In this document: piece after piece, positions 27,822-37,832 of the stretch
Position numbering within the stretch: the first letter of the stretch is position 1
Layout: every line of letters starts with the position of its first letter
Assembly (NCBI GenBank): GCA_043757405.1
Contig: JAYVPI010000011.1
Coordinates: 49,297 to 113,296 of the forward strand
Length of the DNA stretch: 64,000 nt
From: Alphaproteobacteria bacterium
Lineage (GTDB): Bacteria; Pseudomonadota; Alphaproteobacteria; Rickettsiales; 21-14-0-20-44-7
Reading direction: 5' to 3'
Notes under the pieces: generated by a model
What the model saw: only the letters and a program-made list of their open reading frames with translations
What the model was told of the DNA's origin: nothing
Databases searched by the model: none
Program-made: the position numbers and the translations under genes

Positions 27822-27831
27822 ATTTCAAAAA

Positions 27832-29478
27832 TTAAACCCGCGCCACATGCACTTCAATCATCGGGTTTTTGTCCAATTCGTCGCGGATGATGCGGCGGAC
27901 GGCTTTGCGGGCGGCTTCTTCGGCGTCTTTATTGTCGCGTTTGCGGTCTACTGCTGCTTCGACTTCTTCGATTAATTCAGCGAATAATTCACCATCTTCT
28001 TCAGGGTCGAGGAGGCCGGGGGCGCTGATGCGCGGGCGGGTGATGTTGATGCCTTTTTTGTCGATGGTCAGGGAGATGAAGATCGCGCCGTTAACTTTCA
28101 ATTTCCGGCGGTTGCGCATGATTATGGAATCACCGGCGAGGAATGCGAATGCATCGATGGCCAGTTTTCCGGCTTCGACCATGCCGATTTTTTCGTGTTT
28201 GCCGGGCGCGAGTTTTAAGACGTCGCCGTTTTTGATTTCAAAAGCTTCCGGCACGCCGAGGGATTTGGCTAGTTTGGCATGTTCGTGGATATGGCGCGCT
28301 TCGCCGTGGACGGGGATGGCGATTTGCGGTTTCACATATTCATACATCGCTTTCAATTCATCGCGATATGGGTGGCCGGAAACATGGATATGCTCTTCTT
28401 TCTCGGTGATTACTTCGACGCCTTGAATGGTCAGCAAATTGAGCATGCGGTATATTGCAGTATCATTGCCGGGGATGACTTTGGAAGAGAAAATCGCGGT
28501 GTCGCCTTTTAGCAATTTCAAATTCGGATGCGTACCTTCCGCCATGCGCGAAAACGCGGCGCGTGGTTCGGCCTGGCTGCCGGTACATAAATATAAGGCG
28601 CGGCTGCGCGGAATTTTGCCGGCGTCTTTTTCCTGGAAGAATTTCGGCGCGTCTTTCAAATAGCCACTGGCTGTTGCCGCTTCAATCAAGCGCCAGAATG
28701 AGCGGCCGCAGACTACAACATCGCGGTCATTCATTTTTGCCGCGTATAAAATTGATTCCACCCGCGCCAGATTGGATGCAAATGTGCCGACCGCAACGCG
28801 ATTTTTACATTGACCAACAAGCCTGGTGAGGTTTTCGCGTACGCCCATTTCTGAGCCGCTTTCGCCTTTGGAAAATACATTAGTCGAATCGCAAACCATA
28901 GCCAGCACGCCTTCAACACCTTTGGCTTTGAGCGCAGTCAGGTTGGAGGCGGGGCCAACCATTGGGTTTGCATCAAACTTCCAATCGCCGGTATGCATGA
29001 TGATTCCGTGCTTGGTATGGATCGCCATCGCCTGCATTTCCGGGATTGAGTGGGTGAGGTTGATGGCGTCAATCTCAAACGGCCCTAATGTAAATTTCTT
29101 CCCCGGCGTGATTTCGTGGATTTTGACGCGTTTGCCGAATGTGGTTTCAAGCAATTTCAAACGCAGGAAATTGGCGGTGAATGAAGTAGTATAAACCGGA
29201 CATTCCAGCTGCTCCCACAAATAAGGAATCCCGCCGACATGGTCCTCATGCGCATGAGTGACGACGAGTCCAATCAAATCCTTCTTGATGCTCTCAATAA
29301 ACTTGATATTGGGAACAATAATCTCCGCACCCGGATAATAATCATCGGCAAAACCAATCCCGCAATCCACCATGATCCACTTGCCGTCGAGGTGGTAAAG
29401 GTTCAGGTTCATGCCGATTTCGCCGCTTCCACCAAGCGGGAGGAAGAGGAGGTCGTCTTTGTGTTTCTTGAGATTCAT
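27832..29478 (-). CDS. rnj: Ribonuclease J (beta-CASP MBL-fold RNase)
   Basis: 548 aa. The THAHEDHVGG motif and beta-CASP region. Lies in the conserved alphaproteobacterial nuoN-birA-coaX-rnj block. Confidence 0.9.
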   Translation of the reverse strand: MNLKKHKDDLLFLPLGGSGEIGMNLNLYHLDGKWIMVDCGIGFADDYYPGAEIIVPNIKFIESIKKDLIGLVVTHAHEDHVGGIPYLWEQLECPVYTTSFTANFLRLKLLETTFGKRVKIHEITPGKKFTLGPFEIDAINLTHSIPEMQAMAIHTKHGIIMHTGDWKFDANPMVGPASNLTALKAKGVEGVLAMVCDSTNVFSKGESGSEMGVRENLTRLVGQCKNRVAVGTFASNLARVESILYAAKMNDRDVVVCGRSFWRLIEAATASGYLKDAPKFFQEKDAGKIPRSRALYLCTGSQAEPRAAFSRMAEGTHPNLKLLKGDTAIFSSKVIPGNDTAIYRMLNLLTIQGVEVITEKEEHIHVSGHPYRDELKAMYEYVKPQIAIPVHGEARHIHEHAKLAKSLGVPEAFEIKNGDVLKLAPGKHEKIGMVEAGKLAIDAFAFLAGDSIIMRNRRKLKVNGAIFISLTIDKKGINITRPRISAPGLLDPEEDGELFAELIEEVEAAVDRKRDNKDAEEAARKAVRRIIRDELDKNPMIEVHVARV

Positions 29479-29518
29479 ATTTTGCTTATAAGTGATTTAA
29501 CGAAAGTTTCTACAATTA

Positions 29519-29564
29519 TGTCATCCCAGCGAAGGCTGGGATCCAGCCTGCGCTGGAATCCAGC
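29519..29564. repeat. Half-size palindromic element variant
   Basis: tgtcatcccagcgaaggctgggatccagcctgcgctggaatccag. Same tgtcat terminus and ggatcc/ggaatccag core as types A and B. Confidence 0.65.
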
Positions 29565-29565
29565 T

Positions 29566-30345
29566 TTATTTTTTATGCGCCGCAAAAATCTCCTGCAGGC
29601 CCAATATCGTCAAATCCGGCTCGATTTTTTCGATTGCCTTAGTCGATTCGCCGAACATCGGCGCCAGGCCGCCGGTGGCGATTACTACGGGTTTGGTTTT
29701 CATCTCGGCTTTGATGCGGGCGGTGATGCCTTCGATTAGGCCGATATAGCCCCAATAAATGCCGCTTTGCATGGCTTCCTTGGTGTTGGTGGCGATGGCG
29801 CGTTTTGGTTTTTTGATCCAAACGCGCGGCAGCATCGCGGCGGCTTCCTGTAATGCGGATAATGATAGATTGATGCCGGGCGAAATTACGCCGCCGCGGT
29901 AATCGCCTTTTTCATCGACGACATCGAAAGTGGTGGCGGTGCCGAAATCGATGATGATGGCGGCTTTGTTGTACAATTTTTTGGCGGCCACTGCATTGAC
30001 GACGCGGTCGGCGCCAATTTCGGAAGGGTTGTCGATTTTGATTTTGACGGAATATTTGATGTTCTCGCCAACGACTAATGGTTTCACGCGGAAGAAATTG
30101 GCGCATAGTTTGTTGATCGCGATCATGATCTGCGGCACGACCGAGGCGATGATGATATTGCGGATGTCTTTTTTATTAATCCCTTCATCCTGCATCAAAA
30201 GCCCCAAAATGGCCGCATATTCATCACCAGTACGGTGATGGTCAGTTTGCAAACGCCACTTGGCTTTAATCTTCGCGCCGTCAAAAACCGCGAAATTGAT
30301 ATTGGTGTTGCCAGCATCGATGGCGAGTAAGTAATTATTGGGCAT
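29566..30345 (-). CDS. coaX: Type III pantothenate kinase
   Basis: LLAIDAGNTNINFAVF and DFGTATTFD motifs. The track's N-terminal 17 aa are a translation of repeat 30361-30450, so the ATG at 30345 is used. Confidence 0.9.
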   Translation of the reverse strand: MPNNYLLAIDAGNTNINFAVFDGAKIKAKWRLQTDHHRTGDEYAAILGLLMQDEGINKKDIRNIIIASVVPQIMIAINKLCANFFRVKPLVVGENIKYSVKIKIDNPSEIGADRVVNAVAAKKLYNKAAIIIDFGTATTFDVVDEKGDYRGGVISPGINLSLSALQEAAAMLPRVWIKKPKRAIATNTKEAMQSGIYWGYIGLIEGITARIKAEMKTKPVVIATGGLAPMFGESTKAIEKIEPDLTILGLQEIFAAHKK

Positions 30346-30360
30346 ACACACTCCAATATT

Positions 30361-30450
30361 TGTCATTCTCGGGCTTGACCCGAGAATCCAAGTCACTTGC
30401 TCTGACTTGGTATGTGACCCTGGATCCTCGGGTCAAGCCCGAGGATGACA
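30361..30450. repeat. Palindromic element, type A
   Basis: tgtcattctcgggcttgacccgagaatcca ... tggatcctcgggtcaagcccgaggatgaca. Fills the birA-coaX spacer. Confidence 0.85.
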
Positions 30451-30461
30451 ATATAAGCAGA

Positions 30462-31199
30462 TTAAATGGCATGGACTTCTCCGGAGGAAATAATCCTTTC
30501 GCCTTCATTGGTTTCCAAAACCAGCTCGCCGGTAGAAGTCAGTCCTTTGAAAATTCCCTCAACGTGTTTTTCTTCGAGATTAGCAACGATTTTTTCACCC
30601 AAACCGCTGGCGTTTTTGAGCCATAACGCGCTAATTTTGCCGAAACCGTCTTCCAACCAGATGTCGTAATACTTGCTAAAATCTTCCAGTAATTTGTCTT
30701 TTATCTTGCCAAAGTTTTCTTTATTGCCGAGCTTTTTCATGTTGGTGGCATAATCAGGAGATTTTTTGACGTTAATGCCAAATCCGACGATCAGATAATC
30801 CAAACGATCAGGTTTGCTGGACGCTGATTCAAGTAATATCCCGGCGATTTTTTTGCCATCAGCGAGGACATCATTCGGCCATTTTAGCCGCACCTCGGTA
30901 TCGGGGAGGTTTATTTGGATTGCTTCCAACGCCGCGAGAGAGGCGACGAATGAAACTTGATGCGCGGTGCGGACATCAAGATTGCGGATGAGGATGGAGA
31001 GATAGATATTTCCTTCCGGGGATTCCCAGCTGCGGGAATATCGGCCTTTGCCGCGGGTTTGCTTTTTGGCAGTGACGACGGTGAAGTTGGCGGCGCGTTT
31101 TTCAGCTAGTTTACGCAGCTCATCATTGGTGCTTTCCAGTTCATCATATTCAAGTATTTCCATCTTCCTTAGAATAGACCGGAAACGGCGGAATAACAA
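30462..31199 (-). CDS. birA: Biotin--[acetyl-CoA-carboxylase] ligase
   Basis: 245 aa with the QTRGKGRYSRSWESPEGNIYLS biotin-binding motif. No N-terminal HTH domain. Confidence 0.88.
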   Translation of the reverse strand: MLFRRFRSILRKMEILEYDELESTNDELRKLAEKRAANFTVVTAKKQTRGKGRYSRSWESPEGNIYLSILIRNLDVRTAHQVSFVASLAALEAIQINLPDTEVRLKWPNDVLADGKKIAGILLESASSKPDRLDYLIVGFGINVKKSPDYATNMKKLGNKENFGKIKDKLLEDFSKYYDIWLEDGFGKISALWLKNASGLGEKIVANLEEKHVEGIFKGLTSTGELVLETNEGERIISSGEVHAI

Positions 31200-32623
31200 G
31201 CATCCATCAACAATGCCGGATTGATGAAAATCAATAGGCTAAGCAGTGCGGAGATGGCGATTATAAAGCTGGAGGTGAAATCTAATTTGAGTGTCAGGCG
31301 TGTTGTGCCTTCCGGTTTGTCAAAATACATGATCTTGACGATGCGCAGGTAATAATATGCGGCGACTACTGAGGCAAGGATGCCGATAACTGCGATGATA
31401 TAAAACTTCTGCTGCATAAGCGCGGCGAAAATGAAGAACTTGGCGAAGAATCCTGGGAATGGCGGGAAGGGAAGGCCGATGAAAGAGAACATCAGGAAAG
31501 ATAGCATCAGTGCCACGACGGGATGACGGCTGCTCAAACCTTTAAAGTCGTCGATTTTCTCGATCAACCCGTCCTTGGTTTTTAAAGACAGGAGATATGC
31601 AAAGATGGCGATGCTGCTCAAGATATAAATTACCATATATGCAAGCACGCTTTGCACGCCCTGCTGCGTATTGGCGACGATGCCAAGCAGCGCATAGCCA
31701 ACATGGCCGATGGAGCTATAGGCGAGGAGGCGTTTGATATTGCTTTGCCAGATTGCGCCGAATGCGCCGACCAGCATTGAAAGAACTGAAATCACGATTA
31801 CCACTTGTTGCCATTGGAAAGCGAATCCGGCGAATGGGCCGCCAATTAGCAGGCGGATGAATAATGATACCGCCGCCAGTTTAGGCACGATGGCGAAATA
31901 AGCGGTGACCGGCGTTGGCACACCCTCATAAACATCCGGCGTCCACATATGGAATGGCGCCGCGGAAAGTTTGAAGGCGAGGCCGATTATAATGAAAACC
32001 AATCCTACAATAACGCCTTTGGAAAGCGCGGCTTGTCCTTGCAGGACGGTGAGTATATTGGTGAAGTTGGTTGAGCCTAGATAGCCGTAAACCAAGCTGA
32101 TTCCGTATAATAAAATGCCGCTGGCTAATGCGCCGAGGACAAAATATTTGATTGCGGCTTCAGTGGCGCGTTTATCTTCGCGCCGGCTGCCAGCGAGGAT
32201 ATAAAGGCTTAAGGACTGCAATTCAAGGCCGAGATACAATGTCAGCAAATCATTCGCCGAGACCATAATCACCATGCCGAGTAGGGAAGTGAGGATGAGG
32301 ATTGGATATTCAAAGCTTAAGTTATTAGTTTTGTCTTCGATGAAGTTGAAAGATAAAATCAACACCAGTGCGGCGCTGAAGATCAAAATGGATTTGGCGA
32401 AAATGCCGAAATTATCAAAGCGGTAAAGACCGTTGAAAATGATTTTGGTTTCGTGCGGCAGAAATATAACCGCGAATAATGCGCCCAGCAAGATGAAGGC
32501 GGAAAGGCGGGTGGAGATGAGGATGCTGCTTTTGGCAGGCGCATAAACGCCGATCATCAGCACGGCAAGCGCACCTAATGCCAACACTAATTCAGGAATT
32601 ATCAATTGCAGGTTTTCCATCAT
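31169..32623 (-). CDS. nuoN: NADH-quinone oxidoreductase subunit N
   Basis: 484-aa antiporter-like multi-TM protein. Last gene of the nuo block. Confidence 0.9.
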   Translation of the reverse strand: MMENLQLIIPELVLALGALAVLMIGVYAPAKSSILISTRLSAFILLGALFAVIFLPHETKIIFNGLYRFDNFGIFAKSILIFSAALVLILSFNFIEDKTNNLSFEYPILILTSLLGMVIMVSANDLLTLYLGLELQSLSLYILAGSRREDKRATEAAIKYFVLGALASGILLYGISLVYGYLGSTNFTNILTVLQGQAALSKGVIVGLVFIIIGLAFKLSAAPFHMWTPDVYEGVPTPVTAYFAIVPKLAAVSLFIRLLIGGPFAGFAFQWQQVVIVISVLSMLVGAFGAIWQSNIKRLLAYSSIGHVGYALLGIVANTQQGVQSVLAYMVIYILSSIAIFAYLLSLKTKDGLIEKIDDFKGLSSRHPVVALMLSFLMFSFIGLPFPPFPGFFAKFFIFAALMQQKFYIIAVIGILASVVAAYYYLRIVKIMYFDKPEGTTRLTLKLDFTSSFIIAISALLSLLIFINPALLMDACYSAVSGLF

Positions 32624-34086
32624 CTTTGGGTTTGGCCAATTAGGTTTTCAACAGTTGCGCGGGTCAATTCAAAAATACTTTCCGGATAAACCCCGAATAT
32701 TATCACCAGGATAGCAAGAACTCCCAGGCTTAAAAATTCTGTCCCGTTCAAATCCTGCATCTTTGCCGATTCTTCGTTCAACTCGCCGAACATTACGCGG
32801 CGGTATAGCCATAACATATATGCCGCGCCAAGGATAACCCCGGTAGCGGACAAGGCGGCGACAATTTTATTGACCTGGAATATAGCCATAAAGGTCAGGA
32901 ACTCGCCGACGAAACCGGAAGTTGCCGGTAGTCCCACTGAGCCCATTGTGAAGACCATGAACACCAACGCATATTTCGGCATCTTGTGCGCAAGGCCGGA
33001 GAAACGGCCGATTTCGCGGGTGTGCATGCGCTCATATACTACACCGACACAGAGGAAAAGGGCGCCGGAAACCAAGCCGTGTGAAATCATCTGGAATAAT
33101 GCGCCGTCGATTCCCTGTTGGGTGAAGGTGAAAATCGCCAATGTTACGAAACCCATATGCGCGACGGAGGAATAAGCGATCAGTTTTTTCATATCTTCCT
33201 GTACCAGCGCGACCAGCGATGTATAAATGATAGCGATAATGCTGAGTGAATAAACCAGCGGGGTGAAGACATAACTGGCATCGGGAAGCATCGGCAACGA
33301 GAAGCGGAGGAATCCGTATGCGCCGAGTTTTAGCAAAACACCGGCTAATATCACCGAACCGGCGGTTGGTGCCTGCACGTGTGCATCGGGCAACCACGTA
33401 TGCAGCGGCCACATCGGAACTTTGACGGCGAAGGAGGCGAATAAAGCCAGCCACAGCCAGATTTGTTCCTGAACCCCAAGATATGGCATGCGCTCGATCA
33501 GAACCGGGATAGAGGTTGTGTGGGTGTAGCCATACATGTAGATCAATGCCACCAGCAGCAATACCGAACCGGCGAGTGTGTAGAGGAAAAATTTGAACGC
33601 GGCATAAATCCGGTTTTGTCCGCCCCATACGCCGATGATCAAGAACATTGGGATCAATACGCCCTCGAAGAAGAGATAGAATAATACCGCATCTAATGAT
33701 GCGAATACGCCGATGATAATTCCTTCCATCACCAAAAAGGCGATCATATATTCTTTCAAACGCTCGGTGATATGTGCGCTGGCAAGTATGCAAAGCGGCA
33801 TCAGGAAAGTAGTGAGCATAATCATCACCAGCGAAATTCCATCGACGCCGAGATAATAATTTATATTATAACCGCGCACCCATTGATATTTTTCGACGAA
33901 TTGGAAATCGGCAATGCCAGCATCAAAAAACTTCCACATCAATAGTGAAATCATGAAATTAAGGAAAGTCGTTGCCAGCGCAATATTACGAATAGTCTTC
34001 GCCCCCGGCTGGCGCATGGTAAACAGCACCGCCGCCGCAAGGATGGGCAGGAAAATCAGGATTGATAGTAGCGGCAGGTTCATCAT
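32620..34086 (-). CDS. nuoM: NADH-quinone oxidoreductase subunit M
   Basis: Antiporter-like subunit ([19 protein letters not shown]). The ATGATG at 34086 is used; the track's upstream 16 aa are translated from repeat 34103-34171. Confidence 0.9.
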   Translation of the reverse strand: MMNLPLLSILIFLPILAAAVLFTMRQPGAKTIRNIALATTFLNFMISLLMWKFFDAGIADFQFVEKYQWVRGYNINYYLGVDGISLVMIMLTTFLMPLCILASAHITERLKEYMIAFLVMEGIIIGVFASLDAVLFYLFFEGVLIPMFLIIGVWGGQNRIYAAFKFFLYTLAGSVLLLVALIYMYGYTHTTSIPVLIERMPYLGVQEQIWLWLALFASFAVKVPMWPLHTWLPDAHVQAPTAGSVILAGVLLKLGAYGFLRFSLPMLPDASYVFTPLVYSLSIIAIIYTSLVALVQEDMKKLIAYSSVAHMGFVTLAIFTFTQQGIDGALFQMISHGLVSGALFLCVGVVYERMHTREIGRFSGLAHKMPKYALVFMVFTMGSVGLPATSGFVGEFLTFMAIFQVNKIVAALSATGVILGAAYMLWLYRRVMFGELNEESAKMQDLNGTEFLSLGVLAILVIIFGVYPESIFELTRATVENLIGQTQR

Positions 34087-34102
34087 TTCGCCACCTCGCT
34101 CT

Positions 34103-34171
34103 TCATAGCGACGCGGCAATCCAGGTTCGCGCACTCCGTCCCTGGATTGCTTCGCTTTGCTTGCAATGACG
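34103..34171. repeat. Palindromic element, type B (gtcatWgcga...gcaatccagg...cctggattgc...gcaatgac)
   Basis: Nested inverted repeats. It lies exactly between the nuoL stop and the nuoM start, flanked by the 9-bp direct repeat catcatttc (34081-34089 and 34188-34196). Confidence 0.85.
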
Positions 34172-34189
34172 ATTGTGTAAAATTATCCA

Positions 34190-36103
34190 TCATTTCCTGA
34201 ATATAAAGATACTGCTTAAGACGGCCAGCGCCAAAATCATCACCAAAGAATATTGGTAAATAAATCCGGTCTGGAATGCTTTCAAACGCGCACCGAAACG
34301 GCTGGAAATATTTGCGGCGCCGTTAGGCATTCCGTCAACCAGCTTCACATCAACTTCGCGCCAGAAGAAATTGGCGATTTTGAATGTCGGGCGGACAAAT
34401 ACGGCGTTATAGATTTCATCAATATACCATTTGTTCAAGCTCGCCAGGTATAATGGCTTAAGGGCTTTAGCTAAACTTTCGGCAATTGATAATTTCCAGA
34501 TATAAATCACCGCCGCGATCACGCCCATCGTTACTACACCCGGCACAATCCATTCCGGCGGGTGGATATGTTCTAAGGCTGGATTGCCAGGCAGTGCACC
34601 ATACCAGAAGCCGGCATTGGGCGATAATACATGCAGGATTTCTTCGCCATACCAGCCTGAGAATATCGCGCCTAGCGACAATATAATCAGCGGAATCATC
34701 ATAGTAGGCGGCGATTCATGCGCATGGTCGAATGTATGATGGTCAGCACGCGTCTGTCCGTGGAATGTGAGGAACAGCAGGCGGAATGAATAAAATGAAG
34801 TCAGCAACGCGGTAATAGCGCCCATTATGAATGCGAATTGCGCAGTTTCAGTATGGCCATTATATGCCATGCCGAGGATTGCTTCTTTGGAATAATATCC
34901 GGCCAGGAACGGAATCCCGGTAATCGCCAATGTGCCAATCCAGAACAATGCATATGTCAGCGGAATCTTCTTCCACAACCCGCCCATTTTGCGAATATCC
35001 TGTTCGTGATGCATTGCGTGAATCACCGAGCCAGCGCCGAGGAATAATAAGGCTTTGAAAAATGCGTGAGTGGCGAGGTGGAATATACCGGCTTGATAAG
35101 CCGACAAACCGCAGGCAAAAACCATATAGCCTAGTTGAGAGCAGGTGGAATATGCGATTACTTTTTTGATATCATTTTGCGTAAGCGCAATTGTCGCCGC
35201 AAATATCGCGGTGAATGCACCAACTACAGTTACGATTTCACGCGCGGTTAATGAGAGTTCAAATAATGGCGAGCAGCGGGCGATCATGAATACGCCGGCG
35301 GTTACCATTGTTGCGGCGTGGATGAGTGCAGAAACCGGGGTAGGGCCTTCCATTGCGTCAGGGAGCCATGTATGCAGTCCAAATTGCGCGCTTTTGCCGC
35401 AAGCGCCGATGAAGAGGAGGATACAGGCCAGCGTAATGGCGTTAATGTCATAGCCAAGGATATTCCAGGTTATTTTGCTATTCGCGGTGGCGGCGGAGAA
35501 AACATCGTGGAAATTTACCGAGCCAAAAAGCAGGAATATTGCGGCGATACCGAGAATGAAACCGAAATCGCCGATGCGGTTGACGACAAATGCTTTAATC
35601 GCGGCGGCATTGGCGGAATCTTTGTAGAACCAAAAACCGATGAGCAAATATGAACATAAGCCCACGCCTTCCCAGCCGACGAACAATTGGATGAAATTAT
35701 CGGCAGTAACCAGGATCAACATGAAGAACGTGAACAGCGAAAGATAGGCCATGAAGCGCTGCTTGTGCGGATCTTCGTCCATATAACCGATCGAGTATAA
35801 ATGTACTAATGAGGAAACGCCGGTTACCACCACCAGCATCACGGCGGTTAATGGGTCGATCAATATCGACCAATTGGCTTTGAAATCACCAGAGTAAATC
35901 CATTTTACCAATGTCACATGTTGCGGATGCTGCAGAATTGCGACGTTGTTGAACATATAAAGTGATGCGATGGCCGCCACGAACAACAAGCCGGTAGTCA
36001 CTACTTGCGCCAGCCTGGCGCTGATAATTTGCGTCTGCAACCCGGTGAACACGGCTCCCAGTAACGGCGCAAATAATATGATTTTGGCTAGGATCAATTC
36101 CAT
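34190..36103 (-). CDS. nuoL: NADH-quinone oxidoreductase subunit L
   Basis: Antiporter-like subunit with a C-terminal lateral helix region. The ATG at 36103 is used; the track's first 19 aa are translated from repeat 36115-36193. Confidence 0.9.
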   Translation of the reverse strand: MELILAKIILFAPLLGAVFTGLQTQIISARLAQVVTTGLLFVAAIASLYMFNNVAILQHPQHVTLVKWIYSGDFKANWSILIDPLTAVMLVVVTGVSSLVHLYSIGYMDEDPHKQRFMAYLSLFTFFMLILVTADNFIQLFVGWEGVGLCSYLLIGFWFYKDSANAAAIKAFVVNRIGDFGFILGIAAIFLLFGSVNFHDVFSAATANSKITWNILGYDINAITLACILLFIGACGKSAQFGLHTWLPDAMEGPTPVSALIHAATMVTAGVFMIARCSPLFELSLTAREIVTVVGAFTAIFAATIALTQNDIKKVIAYSTCSQLGYMVFACGLSAYQAGIFHLATHAFFKALLFLGAGSVIHAMHHEQDIRKMGGLWKKIPLTYALFWIGTLAITGIPFLAGYYSKEAILGMAYNGHTETAQFAFIMGAITALLTSFYSFRLLFLTFHGQTRADHHTFDHAHESPPTMMIPLIILSLGAIFSGWYGEEILHVLSPNAGFWYGALPGNPALEHIHPPEWIVPGVVTMGVIAAVIYIWKLSIAESLAKALKPLYLASLNKWYIDEIYNAVFVRPTFKIANFFWREVDVKLVDGMPNGAANISSRFGARLKAFQTGFIYQYSLVMILALAVLSSIFIFRK

Positions 36104-36114
36104 TCTCCCAAGTT

Positions 36115-36193
36115 TGTCATCCTCGGGCTTGACCCGGGGATCCAGGGCCGTACACTCCACAAGCTCTGGATTCCCGCCTGCGCGGGGATGACA
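36115..36193. repeat. Palindromic element, A/variant hybrid
   Basis: tgtcatcctcgggcttgacccggggatcc ... ctggattcccgcctgcgcggggatgaca. Flanked by a perfect 21-bp direct repeat (36076-36096 and 36204-36224). Confidence 0.85.
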
Positions 36194-36221
36194 TGGTTAG
36201 TGGATATGATTTTGGCTAGGA

Positions 36222-36872
36222 TCATTCTTGCGGCACTCCGTTTTCGGTTTCAGTTCCGGTGCTTTCTTCGTCTATCTCATTACTAAACTCATCCCGGTCT
36301 TCGTCGATGAACTGGTATGAAGTCACCAGGTTTTTGAACGCCGGATAAACTTTTTTCGCCTCTTTCTCATTACGCGCGTTCAAAGTGATGATGGAAATGG
36401 TCTCGTCCTGGAGGATATAAGCGATTTCTTCCATATTTCCGGATTTGTCATCTTTCAATTTTTTGACCAATGCCAGCGCACCATCTTTGGTAAACAAGTT
36501 GGTGTCGTCATAAACTTTTACATTCGAGTTGATATCCTGGTAGCTGGCAATATCCTCATCAATGATTTTTTGCACGCTGCCGTTGATGCGGTCGGATGTG
36601 CGCAAATACAGCACAGCCGGAGAATTCTGCCACGAACCACCTTTAGGATAAAACACGATTGATACACCTTGCGCCACGCCGGATTGGTTATCCGCAACCC
36701 ACCCGCTCGGCGGATCGATCTTGATATGGCCCGGCGGCGTATATACCGGAACCACCGCCGGTTTCGGCATTTCCTTACGCTCCGGAACTTGATCCGGCCC
36801 GGACTTTGGCGCCGCAGCGAGTGCGGGGGCGGAGGATAATATGAGTAATAAAACTAAAAAATATTTCTTCAT
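36222..36872 (-). CDS. Secreted protein of unknown function embedded in the nuo operon
   Basis: 216 aa with signal peptide MKKYFLVLLLILSSAPALAA and an acidic C-terminal tail. Shares a GW(V/F)ADN motif with the upstream 177-aa ORF. Confidence 0.6.
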   Translation of the reverse strand: MKKYFLVLLLILSSAPALAAAPKSGPDQVPERKEMPKPAVVPVYTPPGHIKIDPPSGWVADNQSGVAQGVSIVFYPKGGSWQNSPAVLYLRTSDRINGSVQKIIDEDIASYQDINSNVKVYDDTNLFTKDGALALVKKLKDDKSGNMEEIAYILQDETISIITLNARNEKEAKKVYPAFKNLVTSYQFIDEDRDEFSNEIDEESTGTETENGVPQE

Positions 36873-37405
36873 TATTTTGACTCATATTTTGCTGATTGAA
36901 GTATTGGCATAATTTCCGATGAATTATTTTTATAGGTAGTTTCAATTACCATAACCCAAGCCTCTTTATTCGAGCTGATTGGGTATAAGAAAACCATAAC
37001 TCGTTCAGGCGAATCTTTTATGCCCATGAAACAATACGTCACGTTTCCCATAGGGGCGGCTATGTCAGTTTTCTGGGGGATTTGTTTATAGCATCCTTTT
37101 GATGGGGAAGAATCATAAGAAGCGATGGTGATAAATTCCTTTTCCTCGTTTCCCTTTTTTAAAAGAAAAGCTTGCCGGGCAAGGTCTGGAGAAACCGAGT
37201 ATTTTTTCATTAATTCATTTTGTACCGTATTATCAGCGAACCAATTACCGGAGGCTTGCAAGGAAAAACTGCTGCCATCATTAAAGTGAACAACCGCTTT
37301 ATTATCCTTTTGTATTTGCGCCCAAGCAACAAACCCAACTCCTACTACTAAAATAAAAATAGCAAGTTTAAAAAAGAACTTAAAAATACCAAAAATAAAA
37401 CCCAT
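36872..37405 (-). CDS. Membrane-anchored protein of unknown function embedded in the nuo operon
   Basis: 177 aa with an N-terminal TM anchor. GNWFADNT aligns with SGWVADNQ of the next ORF. Its stop overlaps the next start (ATGA). Confidence 0.6.
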   Translation of the reverse strand: MGFIFGIFKFFFKLAIFILVVGVGFVAWAQIQKDNKAVVHFNDGSSFSLQASGNWFADNTVQNELMKKYSVSPDLARQAFLLKKGNEEKEFITIASYDSSPSKGCYKQIPQKTDIAAPMGNVTYCFMGIKDSPERVMVFLYPISSNKEAWVMVIETTYKNNSSEIMPILQSAKYESK

Positions 37406-37408
37406 AAT

Positions 37409-37717
37409 TTACCCCTTCAACTCACTAATATCTTCGACATGGATCGTTTTCGTGTTTCGGAAAAACGCTACTAATATCGCCAGTCCAATCGCGGCTTCGG
37501 CGGCGGCTACGGTTAATATGAAAAGTGTGAAAACCTGTCCAACCAGATCATGCAAATGCACGGAGAAGGCGACGAAATTTATGTTTACGGCGAGCAGCAT
37601 CAGCTCCACAGACATCAAAATTGTGATGATGGATTTTTTGTTGATGAATAATCCGGTGACGCCGATGACGAAGATTATTGCGGCGAGGATGAGGTAGTGA
37701 GTTAAACCTATTCCCAT
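37409..37717 (-). CDS. nuoK: NADH-quinone oxidoreductase subunit K
   Basis: 102 aa, three TM segments, [17 protein letters not shown] motif. Confidence 0.93.
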   Translation of the reverse strand: MGIGLTHYLILAAIIFVIGVTGLFINKKSIITILMSVELMLLAVNINFVAFSVHLHDLVGQVFTLFILTVAAAEAAIGLAILVAFFRNTKTIHVEDISELKG

Positions 37718-37718
37718 A

Positions 37719-37731
37719 CACCTCCCAAATT
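37719..37731 (-). promoter_or_regulatory. Conserved SD-bearing 13-mer (minus strand aatttGGGAGGTG) adjoining the type B element, upstream of nuoK
   Basis: An identical 13-mer is present at 38449-38461 upstream of nuoJ. GGGAGGTG ends 1 nt (nuoK) or 7 nt (nuoJ) before the ATG. Confidence 0.6.
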
Positions 37732-37732
37732 A

Positions 37733-37813
37733 GTCATTGCGAGGAGCGTGGCGACGCGGCAATCCAGGGTCGCAAACTCCGCGCTGGATTGCTTCGCTCG
37801 GGCTCGCAATGAC
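37733..37813. repeat. Palindromic element, type B
   Basis: gtcattgcgag...gcaatccagg...gctggattgc...ctcgcaatgac. Fills the nuoJ-nuoK junction. Confidence 0.85.
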
Positions 37814-37832
37814 GGGGCTTTTCTGATTTCCA

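Noticed and set aside
27869-28426. 185-aa ORF antisense to rnj, with similar antisense ORFs inside topA (24718-25212, 26197-26646), nuoG and lon
   Set aside because: They are all contained in well-supported CDSs on the opposite strand, with biased Ser/Arg/Pro composition.
29566-30396. N-terminal extensions of coaX (to 30396), nuoL (to 36160), nuoM (to 34134) and the lipoprotein gene (to 44641) as given in the ORF track
   Set aside because: The first three extensions are translations of palindromic repeat elements (for example DPRVKPEDD from tcgggcttgacccg) and begin at GTG codons. The fourth would overlap the RidA gene. Internal ATGs with conserved N-termini were used instead.
33032-33793. 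253-aa alternative-frame ORF within nuoM
   Set aside because: It is on the same strand as nuoM but out of frame. Its Arg/His/Gly-rich low-complexity translation is implausible next to the clear NuoM frame.
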